Positions 10,975-21,181 are shown, counted from the first letter of the stretch. The stretch is 64,000 nucleotides of DNA from an uncultured Cyclobacteriaceae bacterium (GCA_937146645.1 CAKZRQ010000012.1:180777-244776); one strand, 5' to 3'. Translations and numbers: made by a program. Notes: generated from the letters alone by a model not told the origin.

Positions 10975-11018
10975 AACTCAGAATTAAAAGAATGACTAAA
11001 AATAACCAATTCGAATAA

Positions 11019-11876
11019 CTAAAGGAAGGCCATGCTAAGAGTTCCAATAAGCATAAGGATTTTTGCGTATTTGCTCAACATGGTAAAGTGCTCCCTTCTA
11101 TCGCCAACGTAAATTTTATAAAGGAAATACAAGAAGAAAAATGCAAGCCCTCCGAAATAAAGATAGAGTTCCTTCTGATTTAGAGACAAGGTGATCAGCA
11201 CGATGGAAATAATAAAACACAATGCGATGACAAAAATCACTTCTTTGGTTTTACGAAACCCAATCACAATTGGGAGGGTCCGACAGCCATGTTTCCTGTC
11301 GCCAGGTCGATCTTCGATGTCTTTAATGATTTCCCGTATCAGGTTAAGATAAAAAGCGAATACAGCATAAGTGAAAATAAGTAGCTGGGATTTTTCATAA
11401 TAGATACCCACAAGAAAGATCGCTAGCGCTGTGAGTAAAGCCACCGTTATGTTCCCTACCAGGGGCCTTCTTTTCAATTCATTACTGTAAAGCCAAAGAA
11501 GAAAGGCCGCTAAAAAATTCACCAATGCGACTTTTGGGGACACAATATACCCCAAACCGATCCCGAGGAAATTTAGGAATGTGTGAAGGAGAATTATAAT
11601 CCTTCTTTTAATTGATCTACCTACAATAACCTCATCCGGTCTATTCACATAGTCAATTTTCACATCGTAATAATCATTAATCATATAGCCAGCAGCAGTA
11701 ATGATTACGGTAGAAAAAATGAGGATGTACAACTTGGCATCAAAGATTACTGAATCCCCATTTTGATTAGTTACAACCAGGAAATATGCAGCCATGAATT
11801 GGGCCAAAGCGACCATCAATAGATTGATAGGTCTGCTTATCCTGAATAGGCCTTTCATTGAGATTGCAGTTTCCAT
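11019..11876 (-). CDS. UbiA-family prenyltransferase (DGGGP-synthase-like subgroup)
   Basis: 285 aa with about 8 TM helices. First Asp-rich motif NDYYDVKID (NDxxDxxxD) and second acidic motif KDIEDRPGDRKHG. Confidence 0.65.
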   Translation of the reverse strand: METAISMKGLFRISRPINLLMVALAQFMAAYFLVVTNQNGDSVIFDAKLYILIFSTVIITAAGYMINDYYDVKIDYVNRPDEVIVGRSIKRRIIILLHTFLNFLGIGLGYIVSPKVALVNFLAAFLLWLYSNELKRRPLVGNITVALLTALAIFLVGIYYEKSQLLIFTYAVFAFYLNLIREIIKDIEDRPGDRKHGCRTLPIVIGFRKTKEVIFVIALCFIISIVLITLSLNQKELYLYFGGLAFFFLYFLYKIYVGDRREHFTMLSKYAKILMLIGTLSMAFL

Positions 11877-12014
11877 AAAATAGGTTTGAGCATCTAAAAT
11901 AACCCAATTCAGCCTCTAAATCTCAATTTGTTGCCATTTATCCTTAAGAAATCCCAAAAAGATCAAAATGCTCCTTTGACTGCATTAATTGAATTATATT
12001 CTTTCAAAATTTAA

Positions 12015-13394
12015 ATGAGTATGACTGAGAAGCAGAAACAATCCCGAAGAAATTTTATAGCTACTTCAGGGTCTTTATTGGCCGGTTCATTCTTCGTCCA
12101 TCCTGTGGCAAAGGCTTTGGATCTTTGGTCTGGAAATGCCGAAAAAATGAAGATTGCCTTGGTGGGAACAGGTATCAGGGGATGTGGAATGTTTGGACGA
12201 GATGTTCGGAGGATTTATGGGGAATTGGTGGAGTTTGTTGGCTTGTCAGACATCAATGAAGGCCGACTGGCTTATGCCAAAGAATTCATTGGCGTAGATT
12301 GCCCTACCTACTTGGATGCAGATCAAATGATTGCTGACGCAAAGCCAGATCTTTTAATCGTGACGACGATGGACAGTACTCATCACCAGTACATTATAAA
12401 GGGTTTGAACGCAGGAATGAATGTTATTTCGGAAAAGCCGATGACTACGGATGAAGATAAATGTCAGGCGATTCTCAATGCGGAACGAGCTTCAGGAAAG
12501 AAACTAATAGTCACATTCAATTATAGATATTCTCCTCATCGGCAAAAGCTTTATGAGTTACTTCGAAACGGATCTATAGGAGAGCTAACTTCTGTTGATT
12601 TTCATTGGTATCTGGATGTTTACCATGGAGCAGATTATTTTAGAAGATGGCATAGAAAAAAGGAGTACGGAGGATCATTACTGGTTCATAAGTCTACCCA
12701 CCATTTCGATTTACTCAACTGGTGGATTGATTCTGATCCGGAGGAGGTCTTTGCTTATGGTAAACTTGAATTTTATGGCAAAAATGGCCCATTCAGAGGT
12801 ACTACATGCCGAGATTGCGAGTTTAAGTCAGAATGTGATTTCCACTGGGATATCACCAGGAATGACCATTTAGTGAATCTCTATGTCAAAAATGAAGAAT
12901 ACGATGGTTACCACCGAGATGGCTGTGTATTTAGAGAGGACATCGACATATATGATAAAATGGCTGTTCAAATCAAATACAAGAACGAAGTTCAGGTTAG
13001 TTACTCGTTAACTACCTATTCACCTTACGAAGGATACAGAATTGCCTTCAATGGCACGAAGGGTAGGTTAGAAGCATGGATCAAAGAAAGACAGCCTTGG
13101 GAAACTCCATCCCAAGATGATATTTATTTGACTACCAATTTTGGAGAGCGTGAAAAAATAGTTGTTCCTCATGGCGGTGGAGGACATGGAGGCGGTGATA
13201 CGAGGCTTAAGGATAAATTATTTAAGGATCCTAAAATGGAGGACCCCTACCGTCAGTCAGCAGGCAGTAGAGATGGAGCCATGTCGATTTTAGTGGGTGT
13301 TGCTGCTCGTAATAGCATTGAATCAGGGAAGCCGGTTAAGGTTCAAGATTTAACCGATATCCCTTTGATGAAATCGGGAAGAGGAAAGAGTTAA
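12015..13394 (+). CDS. Tat-exported Gfo/Idh/MocA family oxidoreductase
   Basis: Twin-arginine signal QSRRNFIATSGSLLAGSFFV. Rossmann motif KIALVGTGIRG and EKPM motif (VISEKPMT), typical of Gfo/Idh/MocA. Confidence 0.75.
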   Translation: MSMTEKQKQSRRNFIATSGSLLAGSFFVHPVAKALDLWSGNAEKMKIALVGTGIRGCGMFGRDVRRIYGELVEFVGLSDINEGRLAYAKEFIGVDCPTYLDADQMIADAKPDLLIVTTMDSTHHQYIIKGLNAGMNVISEKPMTTDEDKCQAILNAERASGKKLIVTFNYRYSPHRQKLYELLRNGSIGELTSVDFHWYLDVYHGADYFRRWHRKKEYGGSLLVHKSTHHFDLLNWWIDSDPEEVFAYGKLEFYGKNGPFRGTTCRDCEFKSECDFHWDITRNDHLVNLYVKNEEYDGYHRDGCVFREDIDIYDKMAVQIKYKNEVQVSYSLTTYSPYEGYRIAFNGTKGRLEAWIKERQPWETPSQDDIYLTTNFGEREKIVVPHGGGGHGGGDTRLKDKLFKDPKMEDPYRQSAGSRDGAMSILVGVAARNSIESGKPVKVQDLTDIPLMKSGRGKS

Positions 13395-13409
13395 GTTTTG
13401 AAATGTGCC

Positions 13410-14363
13410 TTATTCGTAATCCACTGAGCTTTGTCTTTCTCGATTGACATTTAGTCTGAGTACATCCGGTCTAGAATAGTGACCCACCGGATCAAAATTC
13501 TGTCGTTCTTGAAGGACCCTATTGAAATCTAAGGTTTGGTAAAAGAGGCCTTCCTTATTTTCTATTGGTTCCAGAATCCAATTGCCATCCGGTCCGGCAA
13601 TGCAGCTTCCACCATTAGCAAGTATCTCTGGGGAATTTTCCAGTATTTTATCAAGATGCGGAGTGTCAGATGGAAAATCAGATTTACTCATGAGACTTGA
13701 AACTGAAATCACGAATGACCTTGATTCTTGAGCAATCATTCTAGTAATATTTTCAGTGTTTCTTACCGCACCTGGCCAGACTGCTACGTGCAGATTCTCA
13801 CCTAATCCGTATAGTGCTGTTCTTGCCAGAGGCATCCAGTTTTCCCAGCAATTCAAACCACCAACCGTAAACTTTTTCAATGGATGAACCTGAAGGCCAT
13901 GACCATCACCTGGGGACCAAGTAAGTCTTTCATCGAAGGTCGGTTGTAGTTTTCGATGGACCGATTTGATTTGACCTTCATTTGAAATGTAAACGAGAGA
14001 ACAATATAGGCTGTGTCCCCCTCGATCTGCTGGCCTTTCAATAATACCCAGATAAATGGATATCTCCTTTTCCTTAGCTAGGGATGTGATCGCATCTAAA
14101 TCTCCATTCTCAATTTGAACTGACTCTCTGGCATAATGAGCATGGATTTCCTTCTGAGTTTGGTTATCCCAGGCAGTTCCATTCGTTATTGGAAGCCAAA
14201 AAGGGTACCCAGGAATTAACCCCTCCCCAAAAATGATAAGTTCTGCACCTTCTTTCGCAGCTTGAGAAATACTCTTCTCTACTTTTTGAAGCGTTTGAGC
14301 TTTGTTCAGCCAGACAGGGGAGATTTGTGCAAGGGCTACCTTGAGGAGATTTGAGTTGGGCAT
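13410..14363 (-). CDS. Nitrilase / carbon-nitrogen hydrolase family protein
   Basis: Glu-Lys-Cys triad contexts: IIFGEGLIPGYP (Glu), HRKLQPT (Lys) and GGLNCWENWMP (the Cys-Trp-Glu signature of branch-1 nitrilases). Confidence 0.75.
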   Translation of the reverse strand: MPNSNLLKVALAQISPVWLNKAQTLQKVEKSISQAAKEGAELIIFGEGLIPGYPFWLPITNGTAWDNQTQKEIHAHYARESVQIENGDLDAITSLAKEKEISIYLGIIERPADRGGHSLYCSLVYISNEGQIKSVHRKLQPTFDERLTWSPGDGHGLQVHPLKKFTVGGLNCWENWMPLARTALYGLGENLHVAVWPGAVRNTENITRMIAQESRSFVISVSSLMSKSDFPSDTPHLDKILENSPEILANGGSCIAGPDGNWILEPIENKEGLFYQTLDFNRVLQERQNFDPVGHYSRPDVLRLNVNRERQSSVDYE

Positions 14364-14443
14364 CTGATTCTAAATTTTGCCTAATTAAAGCAAATCCTCG
14401 GGGAATCATGCTACAAAAAATGAATACCGGCTCGAATTGAATT

Positions 14444-15310
14444 TTATTTGACAGCGGTGATGATTTCCACTTCATCCTCTACTAGTGCTACAGCACCATG
14501 AATAGCTGTTTCATCTAATTCAGAAAGGACAATCTTAAGTTTTTTAGTCACTTGTGGATATCTGAAGTCCTCTAAGGAATCATGAAGGGCCTGCTGGAAG
14601 TGTGGGTAGGTCTTTCGAATGGACCCACCTAATACTATGGCCTCGGGAGCAAAGGCGTACAAAATATGTTTGATCAATTCTCCTAAGTGTTTTCCGTATT
14701 CTCGAAAGGCACGTATGGCTATGGGATCTCCATGTTCTGCCTTCTTAGCTAATGTTTTTGGTTCTTCCTTGTAGACCTGATTAAAAAATTTTCCGCTACA
14801 ATAGTATTCAAAATCATGGTCAAGGTACGGGGCACTGCACCATTCTCCAGCCGCAGAAAAAAGACCTGAATAAAGATGACCGTTTACTACTATTCCTCCA
14901 CCCACGCCAGTCCCAAGTGTAATCCCAACCATATTCTTATATGGTCTTCCGACACCATATTTTTGGACCCCAAGAGCAAAGCAATTGGCGTCATTATTAA
15001 TGAATACTGGTTTTGCAAACCTGCCTTCTAAAAATTCCTTCAGCCTGACATGTTGAAAGGCTGGGATGTTAGAAAGATTTAATACAATGCCATTCTCAGA
15101 ATCAACTAGACCGGGGATTCCTATTCCGATTCCCAATAAATCATGATGAAGGTATCCTTCGATAAAATCCGCGATAGTGTTCAAAACTACCTCCTGTGAC
15201 TCATTGGCAGGGGTAGGGATAGACCTAACCTCTTCCAAATGGCCATCAACGAGAACCCCGGCTACAATGCCGGTCCCTCCGATATCAAGTCCTAGGATAG
15301 GCTGCTTCAT
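14444..15310 (-). CDS. ROK family sugar kinase (possible GlcNAc/glucose kinase)
   Basis: N-terminal ATPase motif LGLDIGGTG, DANCFALG and GITLGTGVGGGIV. The canonical ROK zinc motif (GHx...CxCGxxGC) is not evident; the sequence there is AAGEWCSAPYLDHDFEYYCSG. Confidence 0.7.
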   Translation of the reverse strand: MKQPILGLDIGGTGIVAGVLVDGHLEEVRSIPTPANESQEVVLNTIADFIEGYLHHDLLGIGIGIPGLVDSENGIVLNLSNIPAFQHVRLKEFLEGRFAKPVFINNDANCFALGVQKYGVGRPYKNMVGITLGTGVGGGIVVNGHLYSGLFSAAGEWCSAPYLDHDFEYYCSGKFFNQVYKEEPKTLAKKAEHGDPIAIRAFREYGKHLGELIKHILYAFAPEAIVLGGSIRKTYPHFQQALHDSLEDFRYPQVTKKLKIVLSELDETAIHGAVALVEDEVEIITAVK

Positions 15311-15388
15311 TTAAATACTTTCTGAGTCAATAAAAAGACTAAGATTTTTGAGTTTAGCTCAAATAGGTGATAATAACAGGGAATACCC

Positions 15389-17716
15389 TTAGAGCATTCC
15401 TTCGATTGATTTCTCCAGTTCCCTCGCAGTAGCCAGGAATTCTTCCACATTCATATCTCTGAAGAAGATTAAGCCATGACTTGCTCTCACGTCTGCTCTC
15501 TCATGCAGGTAGAAGAAATTCTTACCCAATAAAAGCTGAACGTTGTCTAATTGTTCAACCCAGGTTCTTTTTGCAACAGTGCTAAACTTCCCATTATGAG
15601 AGTAACTTGGGAAGGATGCATTCACCTGACTTAAGTAGCAGTTAGCAAATGAGTCCTCCATTACCGAAAGATCTCCAAGAGAAACCGGAACAATTACATT
15701 GGCCTCATGAGGCTGAAATTTGAACCATACATTTCTATATCCAATGATTCTCAACTCGCTCGTATCGTGTTCTTCTCCCCACTTTTTTACAGCTGCGGCT
15801 GTGGCCTGAAGAACTTTGTAATGAGTGTCTGGGCCAGAACCTTCTGGATCTAAAGTCAAGCTAATTTTTGTCGGCTTTATCTTTCTGAACATATCCACGA
15901 TAGGTTCAACATCACGATCCTTATCCGGCTGCTCTGTAAAGATATCACCCGTGTAGAAGCCTAATCTTAAATGGTGTACGTTCTTTACTTGAACTCCAAA
16001 GTGTGCCCAAACCAATTCTTCTTCAAACTCACGAATCATTCCTTTGAGTTTCTGAATCTTCGCTGGATTCTTTTCTCCATCGTAACTATTCTTAAGAATG
16101 CTTATTACATCATTAATAGTCTCCCGGAGCTTGGTTTTATTCTTGACTTCGAATACGATTACTAGTGCTCGAACGACTCTGTGACAAAGACCCCTTAGTC
16201 TTTCTTCAGGATCCTCCGATGCAACATTGGTGAGATAGTGATAAACATCCTTATCTGTTTTCAGAGAGTATCCAATTTTGAAGAAATCCTCATAATGAAC
16301 CATCTGAATTTCCCCATTGTCCAACAGTTTTTTAGTATGCTGAAGCGTATCAATCACGAAGGAGTTGGTTACCGCGGTGAAGCCTGACGTAAGTACCGAG
16401 AAGTGAGCTTCATTGGTGGGCTCATTAAGCTGTTTTGTAATATGCGGAAGAATTCCTAAGGATATATCGTCATGGTGAGGACCAGTATGAAGTAAAACCT
16501 GGTCAGTTTCTCTTTCTAATCCCTTAGCTATTTTCGCATCCACACTTTTAATGACCTGATTCACTGTGTCCTCAGAAAGGTCAGGAATCATACTTGTGTA
16601 TTTATCTGATTTTAAATCAGAAAGCTTCAATCTGTGGCCGTACTTTTGGAGTTTCTTGCATAGGTCAATAACAGATCTCTCTGTTTTTTCCCAAGTCCAC
16701 TCTCCTTTTTCATAATAGGCGTCTACCGAATCTGTGAGTCTTACCGCTGCTCCTTTGGTGAGGTAAAATCTTCCATTTTTGAGCTTTTGAAGCACTGTAG
16801 CAGGATATACATTGTTCATCTCCGTTTCGAGAGAATCTTTCACAATCTGAGCCTTGGCTTCGCCAGCGGCTATGATGATTCCAACTGCATCCTTGTTGTA
16901 AACTATGGTGTCAAGTCCAATGGTGATGACTAGCCGGTTGGCTGAAACCTCGATTCCTCCAAGATCCCCTGCAGCTACAGCTTGAGTTTCAAAGTTTGTT
17001 TCTGTAAGTCTGGTTACCGAGAAAAGGTGCGACCCTCTTGTGTTAAAAGCGATGTGGCCATCTGGACCAATTCCTCCCAAGAAGAATCCTATGCCGCCTG
17101 CATCTCTGATCCTCTGCTCATACTCACCACACCACTGATCGATCATATAGATTGACTCTTGCTGAAGTGCTTCAAGTGGGGTCTCTGGCTCTCTGAACCT
17201 TAGGGATAGATCAACTTTTAAATCTGGGAACACCTCTGCATATGACATCCCTTTTGCAAGAGGGATTTCATCTGAATTGATAAGTATTGCCTTTTCCTTC
17301 GAAAGTCCAAAGCCTTCAAGATAAAACTTGTTTACATAGTCATAAAAGCTATTTGCCTGTTTAGAGGAAATAGGGTAAAACTCATCAATCTGTACAAAAG
17401 TAAGGTCTTTCAAGACTGGTTTTGGGGTGTCTCCCAATCCATATTTTGACCTTATCTCTTTTCCTTTTTTATTATCCCAATTATTTAAGAGGAATTGTGT
17501 CCACTTGATAAAAAATTCAGGGGTTTTTCCAGTTGGGAGAGAGATTACTCCATTTGGATTAGCAGCAGCCCATTCCAGAAATCTACAAGCTGTGAGTAAT
17601 CCAAGTTTCGGGAAATTGTCTACCGTCAAATAGGGAATCAGAGTTGAAATCTTGTCAACCCCAGATTCTTTTAGGAAGGCCTTCTCTACTTCTGAAAGTG
17701 GGTAATTAGCTAACAT
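15389..17716 (-). CDS. nagB: Long-form glucosamine-6-phosphate deaminase: NagB domain fused to a PIG-L/LmbE-like domain
   Basis: The N-terminal half has NagB-type motifs (ISLPTGKTPEFF, FVQIDEFYP, GIGPDGHIAFN). The C-terminal half carries the PIG-L/LmbE metal motif GPHHDDISLG (nt 16458-16483). Confidence 0.8.
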   Translation of the reverse strand: MLANYPLSEVEKAFLKESGVDKISTLIPYLTVDNFPKLGLLTACRFLEWAAANPNGVISLPTGKTPEFFIKWTQFLLNNWDNKKGKEIRSKYGLGDTPKPVLKDLTFVQIDEFYPISSKQANSFYDYVNKFYLEGFGLSKEKAILINSDEIPLAKGMSYAEVFPDLKVDLSLRFREPETPLEALQQESIYMIDQWCGEYEQRIRDAGGIGFFLGGIGPDGHIAFNTRGSHLFSVTRLTETNFETQAVAAGDLGGIEVSANRLVITIGLDTIVYNKDAVGIIIAAGEAKAQIVKDSLETEMNNVYPATVLQKLKNGRFYLTKGAAVRLTDSVDAYYEKGEWTWEKTERSVIDLCKKLQKYGHRLKLSDLKSDKYTSMIPDLSEDTVNQVIKSVDAKIAKGLERETDQVLLHTGPHHDDISLGILPHITKQLNEPTNEAHFSVLTSGFTAVTNSFVIDTLQHTKKLLDNGEIQMVHYEDFFKIGYSLKTDKDVYHYLTNVASEDPEERLRGLCHRVVRALVIVFEVKNKTKLRETINDVISILKNSYDGEKNPAKIQKLKGMIREFEEELVWAHFGVQVKNVHHLRLGFYTGDIFTEQPDKDRDVEPIVDMFRKIKPTKISLTLDPEGSGPDTHYKVLQATAAAVKKWGEEHDTSELRIIGYRNVWFKFQPHEANVIVPVSLGDLSVMEDSFANCYLSQVNASFPSYSHNGKFSTVAKRTWVEQLDNVQLLLGKNFFYLHERADVRASHGLIFFRDMNVEEFLATARELEKSIEGML

Positions 17717-18025
17717 AAGTTTAATAGGTTTTTTTGAGCTACTGGGTTAAGCCATATCAAATTTCCTTTTCTCGGTTTGGGTCTGAGCCAACTTTAATCT
17801 TTCTATTGACTCTTGGGGCGAATTATCTTCCGAGAATTGGCTATTCGTATACAATTTAAATATCCTGACAAAATTAAAAAAAGTTTTTAAATAAAAGACA
17901 CTTTTACAAAAAATTTAATAAAGTATTAATATATAATCTTTTTACTTTAAAAAGTCTAGACTCGAGACAGGCGTATAGCCATAGGTTCCAGTTGGGGTCA
18001 ATAGTTTTTTTAGCATTTTTGGAAA

Positions 18026-18517
18026 ATGCTCATAATTGTTACAGGAGTCTCAGGGACGGGAAAAACTACGATTGGACGATTGATATCGTCAAGGCTTGAT
18101 ATCCCTTTTTACGATGCAGATGATTTCCATACTAAGGAAAATATTGAGAAAATGAGCCAAGGGATTCCGCTGACAGACAAGGACCGGCAGCCATGGTTAA
18201 GAATACTATCGCAAAAATTAGATGATCATAAAAGTACAGGTGGTGCTGTTTTAGGTTGCTCCGCCCTAAAGGAATCGTACCGAGATGTTTTATCGGGATC
18301 AAAACAGGTTATTTGGATCCATTTACATGGTGAAGAGCAGACCATTTGGGAGCGCATGCAAAAAAGGCAAAACCATTATATGAAAGCGTCTATGCTTTCC
18401 TCACAACTGAATACTTGGGAAAAGCCTAAGGAGGGTTTACTATTATCTATTTCTGAAAATCCGGAAATCATCTTGAGTAAAGCCATGGAATACATCAAAA
18501 AGTGTGATCAAGGATAA
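18026..18517 (+). CDS. gntK: Gluconokinase (GntK/IdnK type)
   Basis: 163 aa. P-loop GVSGTGKTTIG followed by FYDADDFHTKENIEKMSQGIPLTDKDRQPWL, closely parallel to the GntK signature region. Confidence 0.75.
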   Translation: MLIIVTGVSGTGKTTIGRLISSRLDIPFYDADDFHTKENIEKMSQGIPLTDKDRQPWLRILSQKLDDHKSTGGAVLGCSALKESYRDVLSGSKQVIWIHLHGEEQTIWERMQKRQNHYMKASMLSSQLNTWEKPKEGLLLSISENPEIILSKAMEYIKKCDQG

Positions 18518-18589
18518 AAGAACCACCGGAGTTGCTTTACTGCGATCAAAGGAAGAAATTAAAAGGACTTTGAATGAGGCCGATGTTTT

Positions 18590-19807
18590 TTGATGAAGAG
18601 AATTGAAAGCCAAATGAAAAACCTAAACTCTGTTTCGATGTCAATAACTTATTTTAATGACTTAATAACTGTAGGCCAAAAATCATTTATTGTTTTTATG
18701 GGAATGGCTTTTTTGGTTTCCTGTAATGAGAATAAAGTAGAGCAACAATCCACAGCTTTAGAAGAAAAAAGCCTTATGATTAAAGAAGAAAAGGTAGCAG
18801 ACCATAATGGGAAAGATGTGATGGCCTATATCCTTGAGAACAAGGATATGAAAATTGAACTCAGCAATTTTGGAGGTTTGGTCTTTAAAATTTGGACTCC
18901 GGATCGAAATGGGAATTTAGAAAACATTGCTTTAACAATGGAGTCCGTGGAGGATTTCATCACTAAGCCAAATCCATTTTTTGGGGCGACAGCAGGAAGA
19001 GTTGCGAATCGAATAGGGGGAGCAAGTTTTGAATTGGACGGCGAAAGGTATACTCTGGCTAAAAACAATGGCGAAAACACCTTGCACGGTGGCCTGGAAG
19101 GATTCAATAAGAAGGTTTGGTCAGCAGAGATTTATGAGTCGGAGGAGGAAGTAGGAGTAAAGATGACCTATGTGAGCCCTGATGGAGAAGAAGGTTTTCC
19201 TGGAGAGTTAACTACCACCCAGTGGATGGGACTTACAAATAATAATGAGTTGAGGATACGCTTTGAATCAACAACTGACCAAGCAACTATAGTAAACCTG
19301 ACCAATCATACTTATTTCAATCTTGGTGGAATGAAGAGAGATGTACTTGATCATGAATTTACTTTTCAGGCGGATGCTTTTACTCCGGTGGATGATGAAC
19401 TGATTCCTACTGGAGAAATAAAGGATGTATCAGGTACCGCTTTTGATTTTCGTGAGCCAAAAGTTTTAGGCGATCAAATTCAATTAAATGGAGGAGGGTT
19501 CGATCATAACATGATTATGAAAATGGAGGCATCATCTGATTTGATTCCTTTCGTTACCGTGATCCATCCAGAATCTGGAAGAAAAATGGAGATGCTTTCA
19601 GATAATGTTGGTGTTCAATTCTACACCGGAAATTTCCTAAATGACTTTGGTGGTGCTGATGGAAAGACATATGGAAAGCATTGGGGTTTTTGTCTGGAGT
19701 CTCAAAACTGGCCGGACGCTATAAACCATGACAATTTTCCAAGTCCTATCCTTAGGCCTGGAGAAAAATACACACACGAAATCATTTATAGATTTTCAGT
19801 TCAATAA
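18590..19807 (+). CDS. galM: Aldose 1-epimerase (galactose mutarotase), probably a lipoprotein
   Basis: GATAGRVANRIGGASF, NTLHGGLEGFNKKVW, NLTNHTYFNLGG and FCLESQNWPDAINH are mutarotase motifs. The lipobox-like FLVSC suggests export. The true start is uncertain (TTG 18590, ATG 18593 or a downstream Met). Confidence 0.8.
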   Translation: MMKRIESQMKNLNSVSMSITYFNDLITVGQKSFIVFMGMAFLVSCNENKVEQQSTALEEKSLMIKEEKVADHNGKDVMAYILENKDMKIELSNFGGLVFKIWTPDRNGNLENIALTMESVEDFITKPNPFFGATAGRVANRIGGASFELDGERYTLAKNNGENTLHGGLEGFNKKVWSAEIYESEEEVGVKMTYVSPDGEEGFPGELTTTQWMGLTNNNELRIRFESTTDQATIVNLTNHTYFNLGGMKRDVLDHEFTFQADAFTPVDDELIPTGEIKDVSGTAFDFREPKVLGDQIQLNGGGFDHNMIMKMEASSDLIPFVTVIHPESGRKMEMLSDNVGVQFYTGNFLNDFGGADGKTYGKHWGFCLESQNWPDAINHDNFPSPILRPGEKYTHEIIYRFSVQ

Positions 19808-19835
19808 AAAAGGCTCCGTCATGGAGCCTTTCCTT
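19806..19835. terminator. Bidirectional terminator between convergent galM and purB
   Basis: Stem AGGCTCC (19811-19817) pairs with GGAGCCT (19823-19829) around a 5-nt loop. It is flanked by an A-run upstream and a T-rich tract downstream, so it can serve both strands. Confidence 0.7.
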
Positions 19836-21181
19836 TATAATCCGGTGTAATTAAACGGTGTGATTTTACCTAACTCTTCTTTGATTTTATCTGAGACATT
19901 TAGGCCTTGGATGAAATTTGAAATAGAGTCGGATGTGATTTTGGTATTCGTTCTGGTTAAATCCTTCAGTGCTTCGTAAGGTTTCGGATAGCCTTCTCTT
20001 CTAAGAATGGTTTGAATTGCTTCCGCGACTACAGCCCAATTTTCTTCAAGGTCAAAGTCGATGGCATCCTTATTCAGCTCTAGCTTGTTCAGACCCTTTT
20101 TCAAGGATTCAAAGGAAATCTGCATATGAGCAAGAGGCACCCCGATTACCCTTAATACGGTGCTATCAGTTAAATCTCTTTGCAGTCTGGAAATAGGAAG
20201 TTTTCCTGATAGGTGCTCAAGCAACGCATTAGCTATTCCCAAATTTCCTTCGGCATTTTCGAAATCAATCGGATTGACTTTATGCGGCATTGCACTGGAT
20301 CCAATTTCGCCAGCTTTAATTTTTTGCTTGAAATAATTCATAGCCACATACTGCCAAACATCTTTAGAAAGGTCGAGCAGAATGGTGTTTAGCCTTTTAA
20401 GTGCGTCAAAGACTGCGGCTAGATTATCATAATGCTCAATTTGTGTGGTGGGGAAGCTCCGAGTTAAGCCTAAATAATTACTCACGAAGTTTTCCGCGAA
20501 CCCATTCCATTCCAGATTGGGATAGGCCACCATGTGGGCGTTCATATTTCCTGTAGCTCCGCCAAACTTCGCTGAAAAAGGAATTTGAGCATAAAGTTCA
20601 AGTTGTTTTTCCAGACGATTTACAAATACCTCGATTTCCTTTCCGAGTCGGGTAGGGGAGGCCGGCTGCCCATGAGTCTTGGCAAGCATAGAAACTCCAG
20701 ACCATTCCTGAACTCTTCCTTTTAAAAGCTCAAGGACTTCAGAAAGCGAAGGAAGAATTACCTTTTCTAATCCATCTTTTAGCATTAGGGGAGTGGCCGT
20801 GTTATTGATGTCTTGGGAGGTCAAGCCAAAGTGGATGAACTCCTTGAATTGCTGAAGACCTAACTCATCGAACCTTTCCTTAATAAAGTACTCAACTGCC
20901 TTCACATCATGGTTAGTGACCTTCTCCGTCTCCTTGATGGTTTGGGCGTCAGCTAAAGAGAAATCTTCAGTGATTTTTCTAAGCTTAGGGAAAAAGTCAG
21001 AATCAAAGCCTTCAAGCTGAGGAAGTCTAAATTCGCATAGAGCGATGAAATATTCGATTTCTACATGCACACGATATTTGATCAAGGCAAATTCGGAGAA
21101 ATACTCTCTCAGTTCCGCTGTTTTACCTGCATATCTGCCATCCACAGAAGTTACAGCAGTTAAGGCGTTCAATTCCATCAT
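19835..21181 (-). CDS. purB: Adenylosuccinate lyase
   Basis: 448 aa. GLTSQDINNTA and the fumarate-lyase signature GSSAMPHKVNP. Confidence 0.9.
   Translation of the reverse strand: MMELNALTAVTSVDGRYAGKTAELREYFSEFALIKYRVHVEIEYFIALCEFRLPQLEGFDSDFFPKLRKITEDFSLADAQTIKETEKVTNHDVKAVEYFIKERFDELGLQQFKEFIHFGLTSQDINNTATPLMLKDGLEKVILPSLSEVLELLKGRVQEWSGVSMLAKTHGQPASPTRLGKEIEVFVNRLEKQLELYAQIPFSAKFGGATGNMNAHMVAYPNLEWNGFAENFVSNYLGLTRSFPTTQIEHYDNLAAVFDALKRLNTILLDLSKDVWQYVAMNYFKQKIKAGEIGSSAMPHKVNPIDFENAEGNLGIANALLEHLSGKLPISRLQRDLTDSTVLRVIGVPLAHMQISFESLKKGLNKLELNKDAIDFDLEENWAVVAEAIQTILRREGYPKPYEALKDLTRTNTKITSDSISNFIQGLNVSDKIKEELGKITPFNYTGL

Noticed and set aside
14164-14475. 103-aa minus-strand ORF spanning the nitrilase 5' end and the intergenic gap up to the ROK gene.
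   Set aside because: It overlaps the nitrilase N-terminus in another frame and runs into the 3' end of the ROK gene. Composition is non-protein-like and no motif is present.
17717-18025. 309-bp AT-rich intergenic region, considered for a tRNA, SRP/6S-type ncRNA or repeat array.
   Set aside because: No cloverleaf-compatible or conserved ncRNA motif and no direct repeats were seen. It is most simply the divergent promoter region for nagB and gntK.
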